This document shows, in pieces, positions 48,580 to 57,244 of a DNA stretch of 64,000 nucleotides. Positions within the stretch are counted from its first letter, which is position 1. Each line of letters opens with the position of its first letter. The position numbers and the translations under genes were made by a program. Source of the stretch: Gammaproteobacteria bacterium (GTDB taxonomy: Bacteria > Pseudomonadota > Gammaproteobacteria > Arenicellales > Poriferihabitantaceae); NCBI GenBank assembly GCA_022827325.1, contig JAJDTE010000018.1:7410-71409 (forward strand), in the 5' to 3' direction. Below the pieces are notes generated by a model. It was not told where the DNA came from and did no database searches. It was given only the letters and a program-made list of their open reading frames with translations.

Positions 48580-49197
48580 ATGACCCGTGACTTCCTGGTC
48601 GGTGCGGACAACCGCCCGATGCAATTCGAGATCTTCCCGCAAGACCCGGGCGGGTTTGCACCGCCTGCCGGCGTCACCCATGTTTCTGATCTTGTCCCGG
48701 AACACGGCGCCCTGTTCCGCCACCTGCAATCCACGGTCCGCTGGAGAACCCGGTACGGCACCAGGGAGAGCATTACCTGGGGCGAGTCCTACCACCTCCG
48801 CAAACAGACCCGGACCCGTCATCCGTGGCCGGACTTTCTCCGACCGCTGGCCCAGGCGGTCGGGAACCGTTTCGGGTTTCTTCCGAACAACTGCGTGGCC
48901 AACCACTACCCGGACGGCAGTCATTCCATCGGCTTCCATTCGGACCAGGGGATGGAAATGCGCGATGGCACCGGCGTGGTCATCATCTCCCTTGGCGCCG
49001 TGCGTCACATGGTGCTGCGACGGATCGACGCACCCGCCATCCGGTATCACTATGCGCTGGAGCCGGGATCGGCATTTCACATGGACGATTCGTCCCAGAC
49101 CGTCTGGCAGCACGGTATCCTACCGGAGCCCGGTACCGGCCCACGGATCGGCCTGTCCTTCCGGCGTATCGTCGACCTGGCTGTCCCTTTTCCGTGA
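48580..49197 (+). CDS. AlkB-like Fe(II)/2-oxoglutarate dioxygenase
   Basis: HxD...H triad (IGFHSDQG; WQHGI) and RIGLSFRRI (the R-x-S-x-R 2OG-binding motif). NHYPDGSHSIGFH is typical of AlkB. Confidence 0.82.
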   Translation: MTRDFLVGADNRPMQFEIFPQDPGGFAPPAGVTHVSDLVPEHGALFRHLQSTVRWRTRYGTRESITWGESYHLRKQTRTRHPWPDFLRPLAQAVGNRFGFLPNNCVANHYPDGSHSIGFHSDQGMEMRDGTGVVIISLGAVRHMVLRRIDAPAIRYHYALEPGSAFHMDDSSQTVWQHGILPEPGTGPRIGLSFRRIVDLAVPFP

Positions 49198-49449
49198 ACC
49201 GGAAAGGGAAGCGGGACAAAGAAAAGTGGCACTGTGAGCAGACCCAGATGCATAAGTTCATCCTTGTAGTTCCAAGCCCCTCAAGATAAAAGAACACCTG
49301 GGAAAAAAACGAATGTTTTTCAGCTTGACTGTGCGCCTTATGAACTGTGCACAATCATCCGTCTGGTAAAGATTTTCCAGAGCACCCTGTCATCGCTCTT
49401 GTGTAGTGAACACTTGTACTTTGAAATTCCCTTACCTGCTTCTCTTGCG

Positions 49450-49959
49450 CTAATCAAATGACAAACAATCCAACAATTTACCAAGTTCCGGAACATGTTT
49501 TCGGCGATCCTCCATGATATCCATTGGAAAATCTGCCCCATAGTTAACCTGCGTTGTCAGCCGGGCCGGGAGAGCATGGCCTGTCTGTTCCTTGCAAAGT
49601 TCACTCGTAGCCGGCACATGCCTGCCAAGAATTTTTAGCAGCAACCCCTCAAGGCAGGGATTTGATTGGATCATCTGGATCTTTTTTGAACGGGCTCGCC
49701 TGCGTACACTCGCCGACATCGCCAAATCGGAATCCAGCAACACTACAACCCTGTCGAAGGCTGAATTCCGGCACTGCCTGATCGCATAATCCACCACATG
49801 ATCAGACCCTTTGCCATGGGCATTGCGTATCTTGACGCTCACTCCGCAACCGCGACTTATGTAAAGAGACTTGATGTGGCTGAGAAACGCATACTCTGTT
49901 TTCCCTTCCCCAACAAACAGGATGGTGTGTTGGGCAACGCGAATTTTTGGAGATGGCAT
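49450..49959 (-). CDS. RloB-like protein (AbiLii-type)
   Basis: ILFVGEGKTEYAFLSHIKSLY...RVVVLLDSDL matches the RloB signature (EG-x-TE-x-x-Y/F). The ATG shares one base with the upstream ATPase stop (TGATG). AT-rich codon usage. Confidence 0.75.
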   Translation of the reverse strand: MPSPKIRVAQHTILFVGEGKTEYAFLSHIKSLYISRGCGVSVKIRNAHGKGSDHVVDYAIRQCRNSAFDRVVVLLDSDLAMSASVRRRARSKKIQMIQSNPCLEGLLLKILGRHVPATSELCKEQTGHALPARLTTQVNYGADFPMDIMEDRRKHVPELGKLLDCLSFD

Positions 49960-51164
49960 CAGATGCCAAAAAAATTCGGGACAGCGCCGTATGCGCCGGC
50001 ACGGTATTTGGCATACAGGTTGTCGTCCCGTCGAACACCTCTCATATCACCCAGACGCCAGGCTTCACTGAAGCCATCGGTGTCTTTCTCGATGAGCAGG
50101 ACCTGGTCCTTCTGCAGGTCATTGAGAATCTCATGTGCATGGCAGGTGAAGATGATTTGTGCATTGTGCGGATTGCGATCTGGGTCGATAAACAGATCAA
50201 GAATCGCCGTAATCATATCCGGATGCAGGTCCGCCTCCATTTCATCGATGATGACGACACCGCCATGTTCCAGTACCGGCAGAATCTTCTCCAGCAAGAC
50301 GAATGCCGCCTGGGTGCCACTGGATTCATACCAGAACGGAAGTGCAAGCTGTCTCCTGCCCATACGGTGAACACCATGGGGAATGTTTCTCTTACCATTC
50401 TTTCCGGCTCCATTGCCCAGTACCGGCTGTGAATCAATGATGACTTCGTCCAAACCAAGGTCAAGACTGCTCAGGACTTCGGACATTTGCGTACGCAAGG
50501 CCGGTCGGTCAATGAAAAAATCGGCGGCCTCGAGTACATTTCTAGCTTCGAAATGGTACCGACCACTGTAGTTCACGTTTGAATGGAAACGCGAAAAGTA
50601 ATCGACCAGTTCCTTTGCCAACGGCACGTTGTACTGTGCCGCTGTCGCGATCAATGACGCATTCGGCCGAACTTTCTTAGCCTCCCCGGCTGCAAAACCA
50701 AATTTCTGCTGGCGTATGTCATAGGCTGAACTCGGCTCGTGCCAGTCACGCCGGAAGATGAAGCTGAAATACTTGCTGGTTTTGAGATGCAGGGATTCAT
50801 GCACCACCCGTTCCGGATTGACGACCAGCCAATAACGGTATTGATGGCCATTGACCTCGAATTCAATCTCAAACTCGCTGTCTTCCGAATCAGAGAAAAA
50901 GTGTGCCTGCACCGGGATGTCATCCCCCGGTTTTCCGGAGGTGAACGAATACGAGACAAACCAACCCAGGAATGCCAGCGGTTTCAGCACATTGGTCTTG
51001 CCGGAAGCATTGGGGCCGATGGCCGCCAGGGCTTTCGACAGACGGACGCCACTCGGGCTCTGGAATACCAGATTCGAGACCGGCACCTGCCGATTGAGTT
51101 GAAATGAGACTTCCGTTTCTTCCGCAAACGAGAAAAAATTCTTGAATCGGTATCTATGGAGCAT
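49959..51164 (-). CDS. AAA_15/AAA_21-type ABC-like ATPase (AbiLi-type)
   Basis: MLHRYRFKNFFSFAEETEVSF..., Walker A IGPNASGKTNVLKPL, SGT signature ESSGTQAAF, and Walker B/D-loop VVIIDEMEADLHPDM. AT-rich codon usage. Confidence 0.8.
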   Translation of the reverse strand: MLHRYRFKNFFSFAEETEVSFQLNRQVPVSNLVFQSPSGVRLSKALAAIGPNASGKTNVLKPLAFLGWFVSYSFTSGKPGDDIPVQAHFFSDSEDSEFEIEFEVNGHQYRYWLVVNPERVVHESLHLKTSKYFSFIFRRDWHEPSSAYDIRQQKFGFAAGEAKKVRPNASLIATAAQYNVPLAKELVDYFSRFHSNVNYSGRYHFEARNVLEAADFFIDRPALRTQMSEVLSSLDLGLDEVIIDSQPVLGNGAGKNGKRNIPHGVHRMGRRQLALPFWYESSGTQAAFVLLEKILPVLEHGGVVIIDEMEADLHPDMITAILDLFIDPDRNPHNAQIIFTCHAHEILNDLQKDQVLLIEKDTDGFSEAWRLGDMRGVRRDDNLYAKYRAGAYGAVPNFFGI

Positions 51165-51638
51165 GATGCCACCAATGTAGTTATAAATTGATTTTCAACA
51201 ATATTTTGTTAATTATGGGTTATTTTCACAAAAAAACAAGTCTTTCTGAGGAGATTAACCTTATAAAGCCGATGCTTACCGGAGGTCGCTCAGGACATGG
51301 CTTCGATCAGGTGCTCATTTGGTTACTCATCCTTCCTTGAGTGATGCTCACGACGAAGACAAACGGATTGGATTTGTAAAGAACCGCAAGTGGCAGTTAC
51401 GCAAGGCGGCATGCATAACCGTTCACGGAGCGGATACCTTCAACCCGGTTCAGATGTCCTGGAAACGCGAAAGGATAAAAAAATTGTGGCCACAAAAGGC
51501 AGGGCAGCCACTTTCAATACCGAGGACCCTCAAACAGTACCGGTCCGATATGACGCCCGTATGAAAACCAGCCCACCCCGGCTCTTGTCCACTGGTGCCG
51601 GACGGGAAAACGCCAGGCCATATCCATGCCCGGGGGGC

Positions 51639-52415
51639 CTATACAGGGGCGCGTTCCCGAAGCCGCTTTGCAAGCTGATCGAGCCCCTGGTGCAGGGTTT
51701 CGTAGAAGCCCGATTGCCCGATATAGACCCGGAGCTGGTTGTTGAGCCCGCCTTCGGTGGACAGATCCTCCATGGCCTCTTGAAAGCGGCCGTTGCCGTC
51801 CTTCTCGAGGCTTTCCAGGTAACCGGTCAGCAGCGACGCCACGTAGCGTTCCGCATCCTGCCGGCTTCCGGTGAATCCGGACAACCAGTCCGCCACCACG
51901 TCAAGCTGCTTCATGGTGTGGGACAGGATGGCGGTAGCGGCAAAATGGGGCCCCATGGCGTCCTCGGTATTTACCGGGATCACCTCGTTTTCGTCCCCGA
52001 ACAGCGCATGCAGCACCTCACCGTCCGGAAAGACAGGCAGCGGACAGCCCCCGGTTTCGATGAACGGGAGCGGCACCGTGACCACGGGGTCTGTCGCGGG
52101 CAGGACCAGGTTCCCGACCTCGGCAAGGCTGATATCCGCCATGACGGAAATGATCTTCTGGCCTTCGCGGAAATCGAGACCGGGCAGTTCCGACCGCGCA
52201 ACGTCCGCAAGCAGGCAAAGGAACACGATTTCGCTCCGGTCGACCACGTCCTGGTTTTCCATGGCCGTGACCCCCGACAACTCGGAAAGGCGCCCTGAAA
52301 TCTCGCGGTTCCGCCCGCTGATCCGGATGGCGCAGTCCGGCAACCTTCGATTCAGGGACCGCACCATGGGAGCGGCGATACGGCCGGTACCGAGAAAACC
52401 CACGGACAGGGACAT
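51639..52415 (-). CDS. Pyrroline-5-carboxylate reductase-like NAD(P)-binding oxidoreductase
   Basis: ATG 52415 gives MSLSVGFLGTGRIAAPMV (Rossmann G-x-G-x-x-A). ProC-like length and C-terminal helical domain. Confidence 0.65.
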   Translation of the reverse strand: MSLSVGFLGTGRIAAPMVRSLNRRLPDCAIRISGRNREISGRLSELSGVTAMENQDVVDRSEIVFLCLLADVARSELPGLDFREGQKIISVMADISLAEVGNLVLPATDPVVTVPLPFIETGGCPLPVFPDGEVLHALFGDENEVIPVNTEDAMGPHFAATAILSHTMKQLDVVADWLSGFTGSRQDAERYVASLLTGYLESLEKDGNGRFQEAMEDLSTEGGLNNQLRVYIGQSGFYETLHQGLDQLAKRLRERAPV

Positions 52416-52690
52416 GTGGCAAGGGAGGAGTTTCAACAGGTTCGGAGACTAACCCAGCACAATTGCACAGACAACGGGAGCGCCATTCCCCGGGGCGGCG
52501 TGCCTGATTTTTCCGAGGCCGTCATGGATGAATCGTGGCGGAGCAACGGCAAGGTCTGCCAGACATTGCCACACCAACGGTACGGCCGGTCTGTGGCGCA
52601 TAAAACCTCGGTGGTCGGAAAAACCCGGAGTCGGCGGATTACGGTCCTTCAGCGGTGATACCGGGCCGATAGATGGAAGATAACCCTGTC

Positions 52691-54466
52691 CTAAGGGCGG
52701 GACGCCTGTTCCCGGCCGGGTGCCAGTTCCATCAGTACCGGCAGCATGTCCTTGACACTCCTGCAGGGGATCGCGCCTTCCGTGGTCAGCCGGTCACCGA
52801 CATCCACCGGCAGCGAATCCCCGGAATCCTCGGGAATTTCACTGAGCTGTCCCCCCATCATGACGGGAATCGCAAGGCCCCGCTCGGCAAGCTCGTCACG
52901 CAGCCGGCAGAAATAGGTCAGTGCCACGCCGTTGTAGGTGCTAAGGGCGATACCGGCGCAATCCCGGGATTCCGCCAGCCGGGCAAGGTCGCCCGGCTCC
53001 GCGGAAACGCCGCCGTCCACCACACGCACGCCGAGACCGTCAAGGACCCCCTCGATCAGCCGCTTGCCGTGCTCGTGGACATCGGTACTGGCCGTCAGCA
53101 CGGTGAGGGCCTGCTCCCGGATGTGCGAACATGCCGACGCATCCATGCGGGACAGGTGCATCCCGACCTGGTGTTCGAGTTCGCGCACGGTATCGGATCG
53201 CACAACGGGCCGGCGGCAGCGGGCTTCCCGGTCCACTTCTCCCGGTCCGAAAAGCTGCTCCAGCCTGCGCCCCCCGATGCGGCGGATCGCCAGCAGCATC
53301 TCGAACGCGTCCCCGGTGTCGAATCCCGCCGCCGCAAGACCCTCGATCGTATCGTGATGGAACCGCCTTGCGGCCTCCTCCATCCGCACCGCCAAGGAAT
53401 CCACTCCGGCAAAATCGATGACATCAAGGTAGCCTTCCGCGAGTTCCGCCTGCCGGCGGGCGAAGCACTGGACGTCGATGATTTCGTCGATTTCGGGGAT
53501 GCGCTCGTTTTCCGTGACCGGCACGGGGTTGACGGCATGGCCGCTCGGCCGGGTCATCTGCCCTGCAATGTCCAGCATCAGGTAGCTGCCGAGGCCGGCG
53601 TAGTTCTCTTCGGGGGTGCCATCGTAGGCGGTGGTATTGCCGTAGATCATGCTGCCCGGGTTCGGACTCAGCCGGGCCAGGGCGCGCTGGAATGCGAGTC
53701 GCAGGACCGGTGTCCTGCAATGATGGCCGAAGCAGTGGGTGATCGTGCCGCCGGCCAGCTTCTCCACGATATGACGTTCGATGAGTGCGGCGCCGAGGGC
53801 GCAGGACAGGTCCTCGAACACCGCGGCAAAGCCGTCGTCCAGATTCGAATGGACCATCACCGTCACCGGCTGGGCCGACATGAGGCCGATGGCTGCAAGG
53901 GTCGAGCGGGTGGCGGCAATGTCGTCCTGCCAGTCCGGCAGCCGGAAGGTGAAGTACTGGCCCAGGTTGCCGATGACCGTGCTGCCCGCCGCCAGGGCGG
54001 CACAGGTGTTCTCCAGTGCCGCCGGAAATCCCAGCATGAAATCGCCGAAATGGGTGGCGACGGGAGCGGCGTTGGCGACGTCCGCAAACGCCTCGGGACT
54101 GTCCAGGATGAGGCCCGTGCCCTGCAGCCGCTCCCCGCGCTCAGCGCGCGGAAACCCCATGGACCAGTCAAGGCAAAGGCCGAAACGGTCGACCCGTCCG
54201 CCCCGCGCGGCCACCTGGTCGTGGATCCGGACGAACGCCCGCCTGCTCTTTTCCCGGTCACGGAAGCCCATGTGGGCATGCTGCATGATGCGTCCGCTTT
54301 CCATGCATTGCCGCTTGTACGTCATCTCGTCCGGGACCCGGTAATAGTCCAGGAACGCCGACCCTTCCACGCGCCAGTCCCTGGCCAGGGCAGCCCCTTC
54401 CGCCAGCACCTCGTCGCCGCCCGGCAGTTCCGGTTCCGGCAGGACGTCCCTTCGCTCCAGGCTCAT
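52691..54466 (-). CDS. Fused cobalamin-dependent mutase-like protein (large barrel-like N-domain + C-terminal B12-binding domain)
   Basis: C-terminal B12-binding signature VLTASTDVHEHGKRL (D-x-H-x-x-G) ...IALSTY...VMMGGQL. The N-terminal ~440 aa has faint GlmE-like features only. ATGA overlap with the upstream M20 gene. Confidence 0.6.
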   Translation of the reverse strand: MSLERRDVLPEPELPGGDEVLAEGAALARDWRVEGSAFLDYYRVPDEMTYKRQCMESGRIMQHAHMGFRDREKSRRAFVRIHDQVAARGGRVDRFGLCLDWSMGFPRAERGERLQGTGLILDSPEAFADVANAAPVATHFGDFMLGFPAALENTCAALAAGSTVIGNLGQYFTFRLPDWQDDIAATRSTLAAIGLMSAQPVTVMVHSNLDDGFAAVFEDLSCALGAALIERHIVEKLAGGTITHCFGHHCRTPVLRLAFQRALARLSPNPGSMIYGNTTAYDGTPEENYAGLGSYLMLDIAGQMTRPSGHAVNPVPVTENERIPEIDEIIDVQCFARRQAELAEGYLDVIDFAGVDSLAVRMEEAARRFHHDTIEGLAAAGFDTGDAFEMLLAIRRIGGRRLEQLFGPGEVDREARCRRPVVRSDTVRELEHQVGMHLSRMDASACSHIREQALTVLTASTDVHEHGKRLIEGVLDGLGVRVVDGGVSAEPGDLARLAESRDCAGIALSTYNGVALTYFCRLRDELAERGLAIPVMMGGQLSEIPEDSGDSLPVDVGDRLTTEGAIPCRSVKDMLPVLMELAPGREQASRP

Positions 54467-55623
54467 TGCGCGCTGATCTGGTCCAGCAGCTTGCCGAGAA
54501 ACACGTCGCAGCGCGCCAGTTCGCTGCGGGCGACGAACTCGTCGGGCCTGTGGCCCTGGTCCATGGAGCCGGGCCCGCAGATCACGGTGGCCAGGCCGAG
54601 CCGCTGCTGGAACAGTCCGCCCTCGGTACCGAAAGCCAGCTTGATGAAGTCCTCGGTGTCCATCAGGTCCTGGACCCGCCTGACGACTTCCTCCTCGGGA
54701 CGGGTGTCCAGTGCGGGATACCGGTTGGTGACCGTGATGTCGATGGCCGCATCCGGAAAATCCCCACGGTGAGGGGATACGATTTCGTCTGCAGCCTCCT
54801 CGATCCGTGACAGCAGCGCCTCCGGGTCGTCATGCTGGGTATTGCGGATCTCCAGGGCGAACCGGCATTCCCCGGGAATGATATTGAGGGCGGTTCCTCC
54901 CTGGATGGTGCCCACCTGGATGGTCGTCCAGGGGACGCTGTAGTGGTGGTCATGGGGGCTGCGGGTCCTGACGCTCTCCTGGATGTCCCGCAGTGCCTGG
55001 ATCATCTCCGCGGCGAGATAGATGGCGTTCAGCCCCCGGTCCGGCAGCGCGGAGTGGGCCTCCACGCCGCGGCAGGTGCAGGTCGCGGCCAGCTTGCCCT
55101 TGTGGGCGATCCCGACCTGCATCTCCGTCGGCTCCCCGACGATGCAGAGATCCGGGCGATCCTTCACCGACTCCAGCATGTCGAGCATCCGCCGCACACC
55201 GATGCAGCCGACTTCCTCGTCGTAGGAAAAGGCAAGGTGCAGGGGGACTGCCAGGGAACGCCTGGCCGCACTGGGCACCAGGGCGAGGACACAGGCCAGG
55301 AATCCTTTCATATCCGCGGTGCCGCGGCCGTAGAGACGCCCCGATTCCAGGGTCATCCGGAACGCATCCCGGGTCCAGTCCTGGCCGTCGACGGGCACGA
55401 CATCGGTATGCCCGGATAGCATCACGCCGCCGCTCCCGTCAGGGCCGATCCGCGCGTACAGGTTGGCCTTGTCGCCGTCGTCGTTGTGGATCAGCACGGA
55501 TTCGATGCCGTGCTCATGAAGGTAGTCCCTGACAAACCCGATCAGCGCCAGGTTGCTGTCCCGGCTCACGGTGGGAAATGCGATGAGCTGTTCCAGTATC
55601 TGCTCGCTCTTGGTCAGCATCAA
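54463..55623 (-). CDS. M20-family deacylase (acetylornithine deacetylase ArgE-like)
   Basis: LIAFPTVSRDSNL...MLSGHTDVVPVDGQDW...GRGTADMKG...FSYDEEVGC. Confidence 0.85.
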   Translation of the reverse strand: MMLTKSEQILEQLIAFPTVSRDSNLALIGFVRDYLHEHGIESVLIHNDDGDKANLYARIGPDGSGGVMLSGHTDVVPVDGQDWTRDAFRMTLESGRLYGRGTADMKGFLACVLALVPSAARRSLAVPLHLAFSYDEEVGCIGVRRMLDMLESVKDRPDLCIVGEPTEMQVGIAHKGKLAATCTCRGVEAHSALPDRGLNAIYLAAEMIQALRDIQESVRTRSPHDHHYSVPWTTIQVGTIQGGTALNIIPGECRFALEIRNTQHDDPEALLSRIEEAADEIVSPHRGDFPDAAIDITVTNRYPALDTRPEEEVVRRVQDLMDTEDFIKLAFGTEGGLFQQRLGLATVICGPGSMDQGHRPDEFVARSELARCDVFLGKLLDQISAQ

Positions 55624-55752
55624 AATCCGGATGGTCGGGAGAGGTACCCGGGGATATTACGCCGATATCGAACCCAAGGTCGACAGGCGCGCGGTCATGC
55701 GATTGCGTGCCGGATCGCTATAATGCCCGTTTTCCTCCAGCGAACACCATCC

Positions 55753-56637
55753 ATGTACCAGAACAGGCATCCCCGAATCGGGTTTATCGGCATCGGGCTG
55801 ATGGGCCGGCCCATGGTCCTGCGGCTTCTGCTCGCCAACTACGGGGTGCGGGTATGGAACCGCAGCCCGGACAAGGTTGCGGAAGTGGCCGCCGCAGGGG
55901 CGGTGCCCTGCGCCTCGCCCGCGGAACTGGCCCGGGAGTCGGATGTGATCCTCCTGTCCCTCGCCAATACCCGGGCCGTGGAGTCCGTGGCCGGGGACGA
56001 TGACTTCCTCGCCGCGCTTGATCCAGGCAGCATCGTGGTGGATCTGTCGAGCATCTCCCCGGAAACCACCCGCACCCTGGCGTCAAGGGCTGCCGAAGCT
56101 TCCGGCGCCAGCTGGATCGACGCGCCGGTATCCGGCGGCGTTCCCGGTGCGGAGACGGGTGACCTGGTCATCATGGCGGGCGGAGACCCCGAGGCGCTGG
56201 AGCGCGCCAGGGAGGTGCTGGCGCCACTGTCGAAGCGTGTCACCCACATGGGTCCGAGCGGTGCCGGACAGACCGCAAAGCTGTGCAACCAGATCATCGT
56301 GGGCTGCAACGTCACCGCCATCGGGGAAGCCTTCCGGCTTGCCCGGGCCGCCGGCGTGGACGCCGCACTGCTGCCCGACGCACTGGCGGGGGGATTCGCG
56401 GATTCGCTGCCGTTCCGGATCTTCGGGCAGCGCATGGCCGACGGAGTGGAATCGCCGGTGTCCGCCAAGATCGAAACCATGCTGAAGGACCTTGATGGCG
56501 CCGATACCGCCGCAACCGGCCTTGGCCTTGACCTTGACCTGACACGGGCCGCGGCGGCGCTCCTCAGGGCGAGAACCGATCAGGGTGACGCGGAGCGCTG
56601 CATCACCTCCATGGTGGAGCCCCCCGCGCCGTCATGA
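55753..56637 (+). CDS. 3-hydroxyisobutyrate dehydrogenase-family NAD(P) oxidoreductase
   Basis: ATG 55753 gives MYQNRHPRIGFIGIGLMGRPMV. Also GAGQTAKLCNQ. The upstream part of ORF 55486 is antisense to the M20 gene. Confidence 0.85.
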   Translation: MYQNRHPRIGFIGIGLMGRPMVLRLLLANYGVRVWNRSPDKVAEVAAAGAVPCASPAELARESDVILLSLANTRAVESVAGDDDFLAALDPGSIVVDLSSISPETTRTLASRAAEASGASWIDAPVSGGVPGAETGDLVIMAGGDPEALERAREVLAPLSKRVTHMGPSGAGQTAKLCNQIIVGCNVTAIGEAFRLARAAGVDAALLPDALAGGFADSLPFRIFGQRMADGVESPVSAKIETMLKDLDGADTAATGLGLDLDLTRAAAALLRARTDQGDAERCITSMVEPPAPS

Positions 56638-57228
56638 ATCAGGCGCCGCGATGGATTCCAGAACGGGCGCCGCCCAGGCTTTGTGGGCACGGATTTCCGC
56701 CAGGCTGAGACCGGACAGTTCGTAGGGCAGCACCAGCCAGCGGTCGGTTTCGTTGACGAAGTAGTCCGGTGCCGGGCGACCTGCAACCGGCCGGTACCAG
56801 ACCGCGGCCACCCGAATGTCCTCCGGCGTGTTCTGGCGCAGTTTGCGGCGCAGCTTCTCCTTCACCGCCTGGACACTGTGACCGCTGCTGAAGACATCGT
56901 CCACAAGAAGCAGACGATGCTCGGCCTCCAGGCGATCCTCGAGGTAATCCAGTCCATGGACCCGGATGCGATCGGAGTTCCGGATCATGTCGGGATAGTC
57001 CTGCATGCCCCGGTAGGATGTCCGGATGGCGATATGGTCGGTTTCCACGCCCAGGTACTGCAGGCATTCCTGTACCACGATGCCGGCCACACTGCCCCCG
57101 CGCCAGATTCCCACGATGAAATCCGGGCGGAATCCGCTGGAATACACCCGACGTCCGAGCCGGAATCCGTCCAGAATCAGGGCCTGCTCCTCGATGTAGA
57201 TTTTTTCGGCAGTCCGGGACGGATTCAT
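56632..57228 (-). CDS. Gpt-like phosphoribosyltransferase, paralogue A
   Basis: FIVGIWRGGSVAG...ETDHIAIRTS...PRPP motif LLLVDDVFSSGHS. Overlaps the convergent dehydrogenase by 6 nt. Confidence 0.8.
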   Translation of the reverse strand: MNPSRTAEKIYIEEQALILDGFRLGRRVYSSGFRPDFIVGIWRGGSVAGIVVQECLQYLGVETDHIAIRTSYRGMQDYPDMIRNSDRIRVHGLDYLEDRLEAEHRLLLVDDVFSSGHSVQAVKEKLRRKLRQNTPEDIRVAAVWYRPVAGRPAPDYFVNETDRWLVLPYELSGLSLAEIRAHKAWAAPVLESIAAPDS

Positions 57229-57244
57229 GGGCTAGAATTGTAGC

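Noticed and set aside
49227-49241. A sigma-54-like TGGCAC element (tggcactgtgagcag).
   Set aside because: The GC of the putative -12 element is two positions too close to the GG of the -24 element, and no gene lies downstream on that strand.
51319-52298. ORFs 51319-51564 and 51390-52298 on the right flank of the ATPase/RloB cassette.
   Set aside because: The longer one is antisense to the ProC-like gene. The shorter one has no motifs and no ribosome-binding site.
55486-55752. An upstream extension of the dehydrogenase ORF (383-aa version).
   Set aside because: It overlaps the M20 gene in antisense. The Rossmann N-terminus (IGFIGIGLMG) follows ATG 55753 directly.
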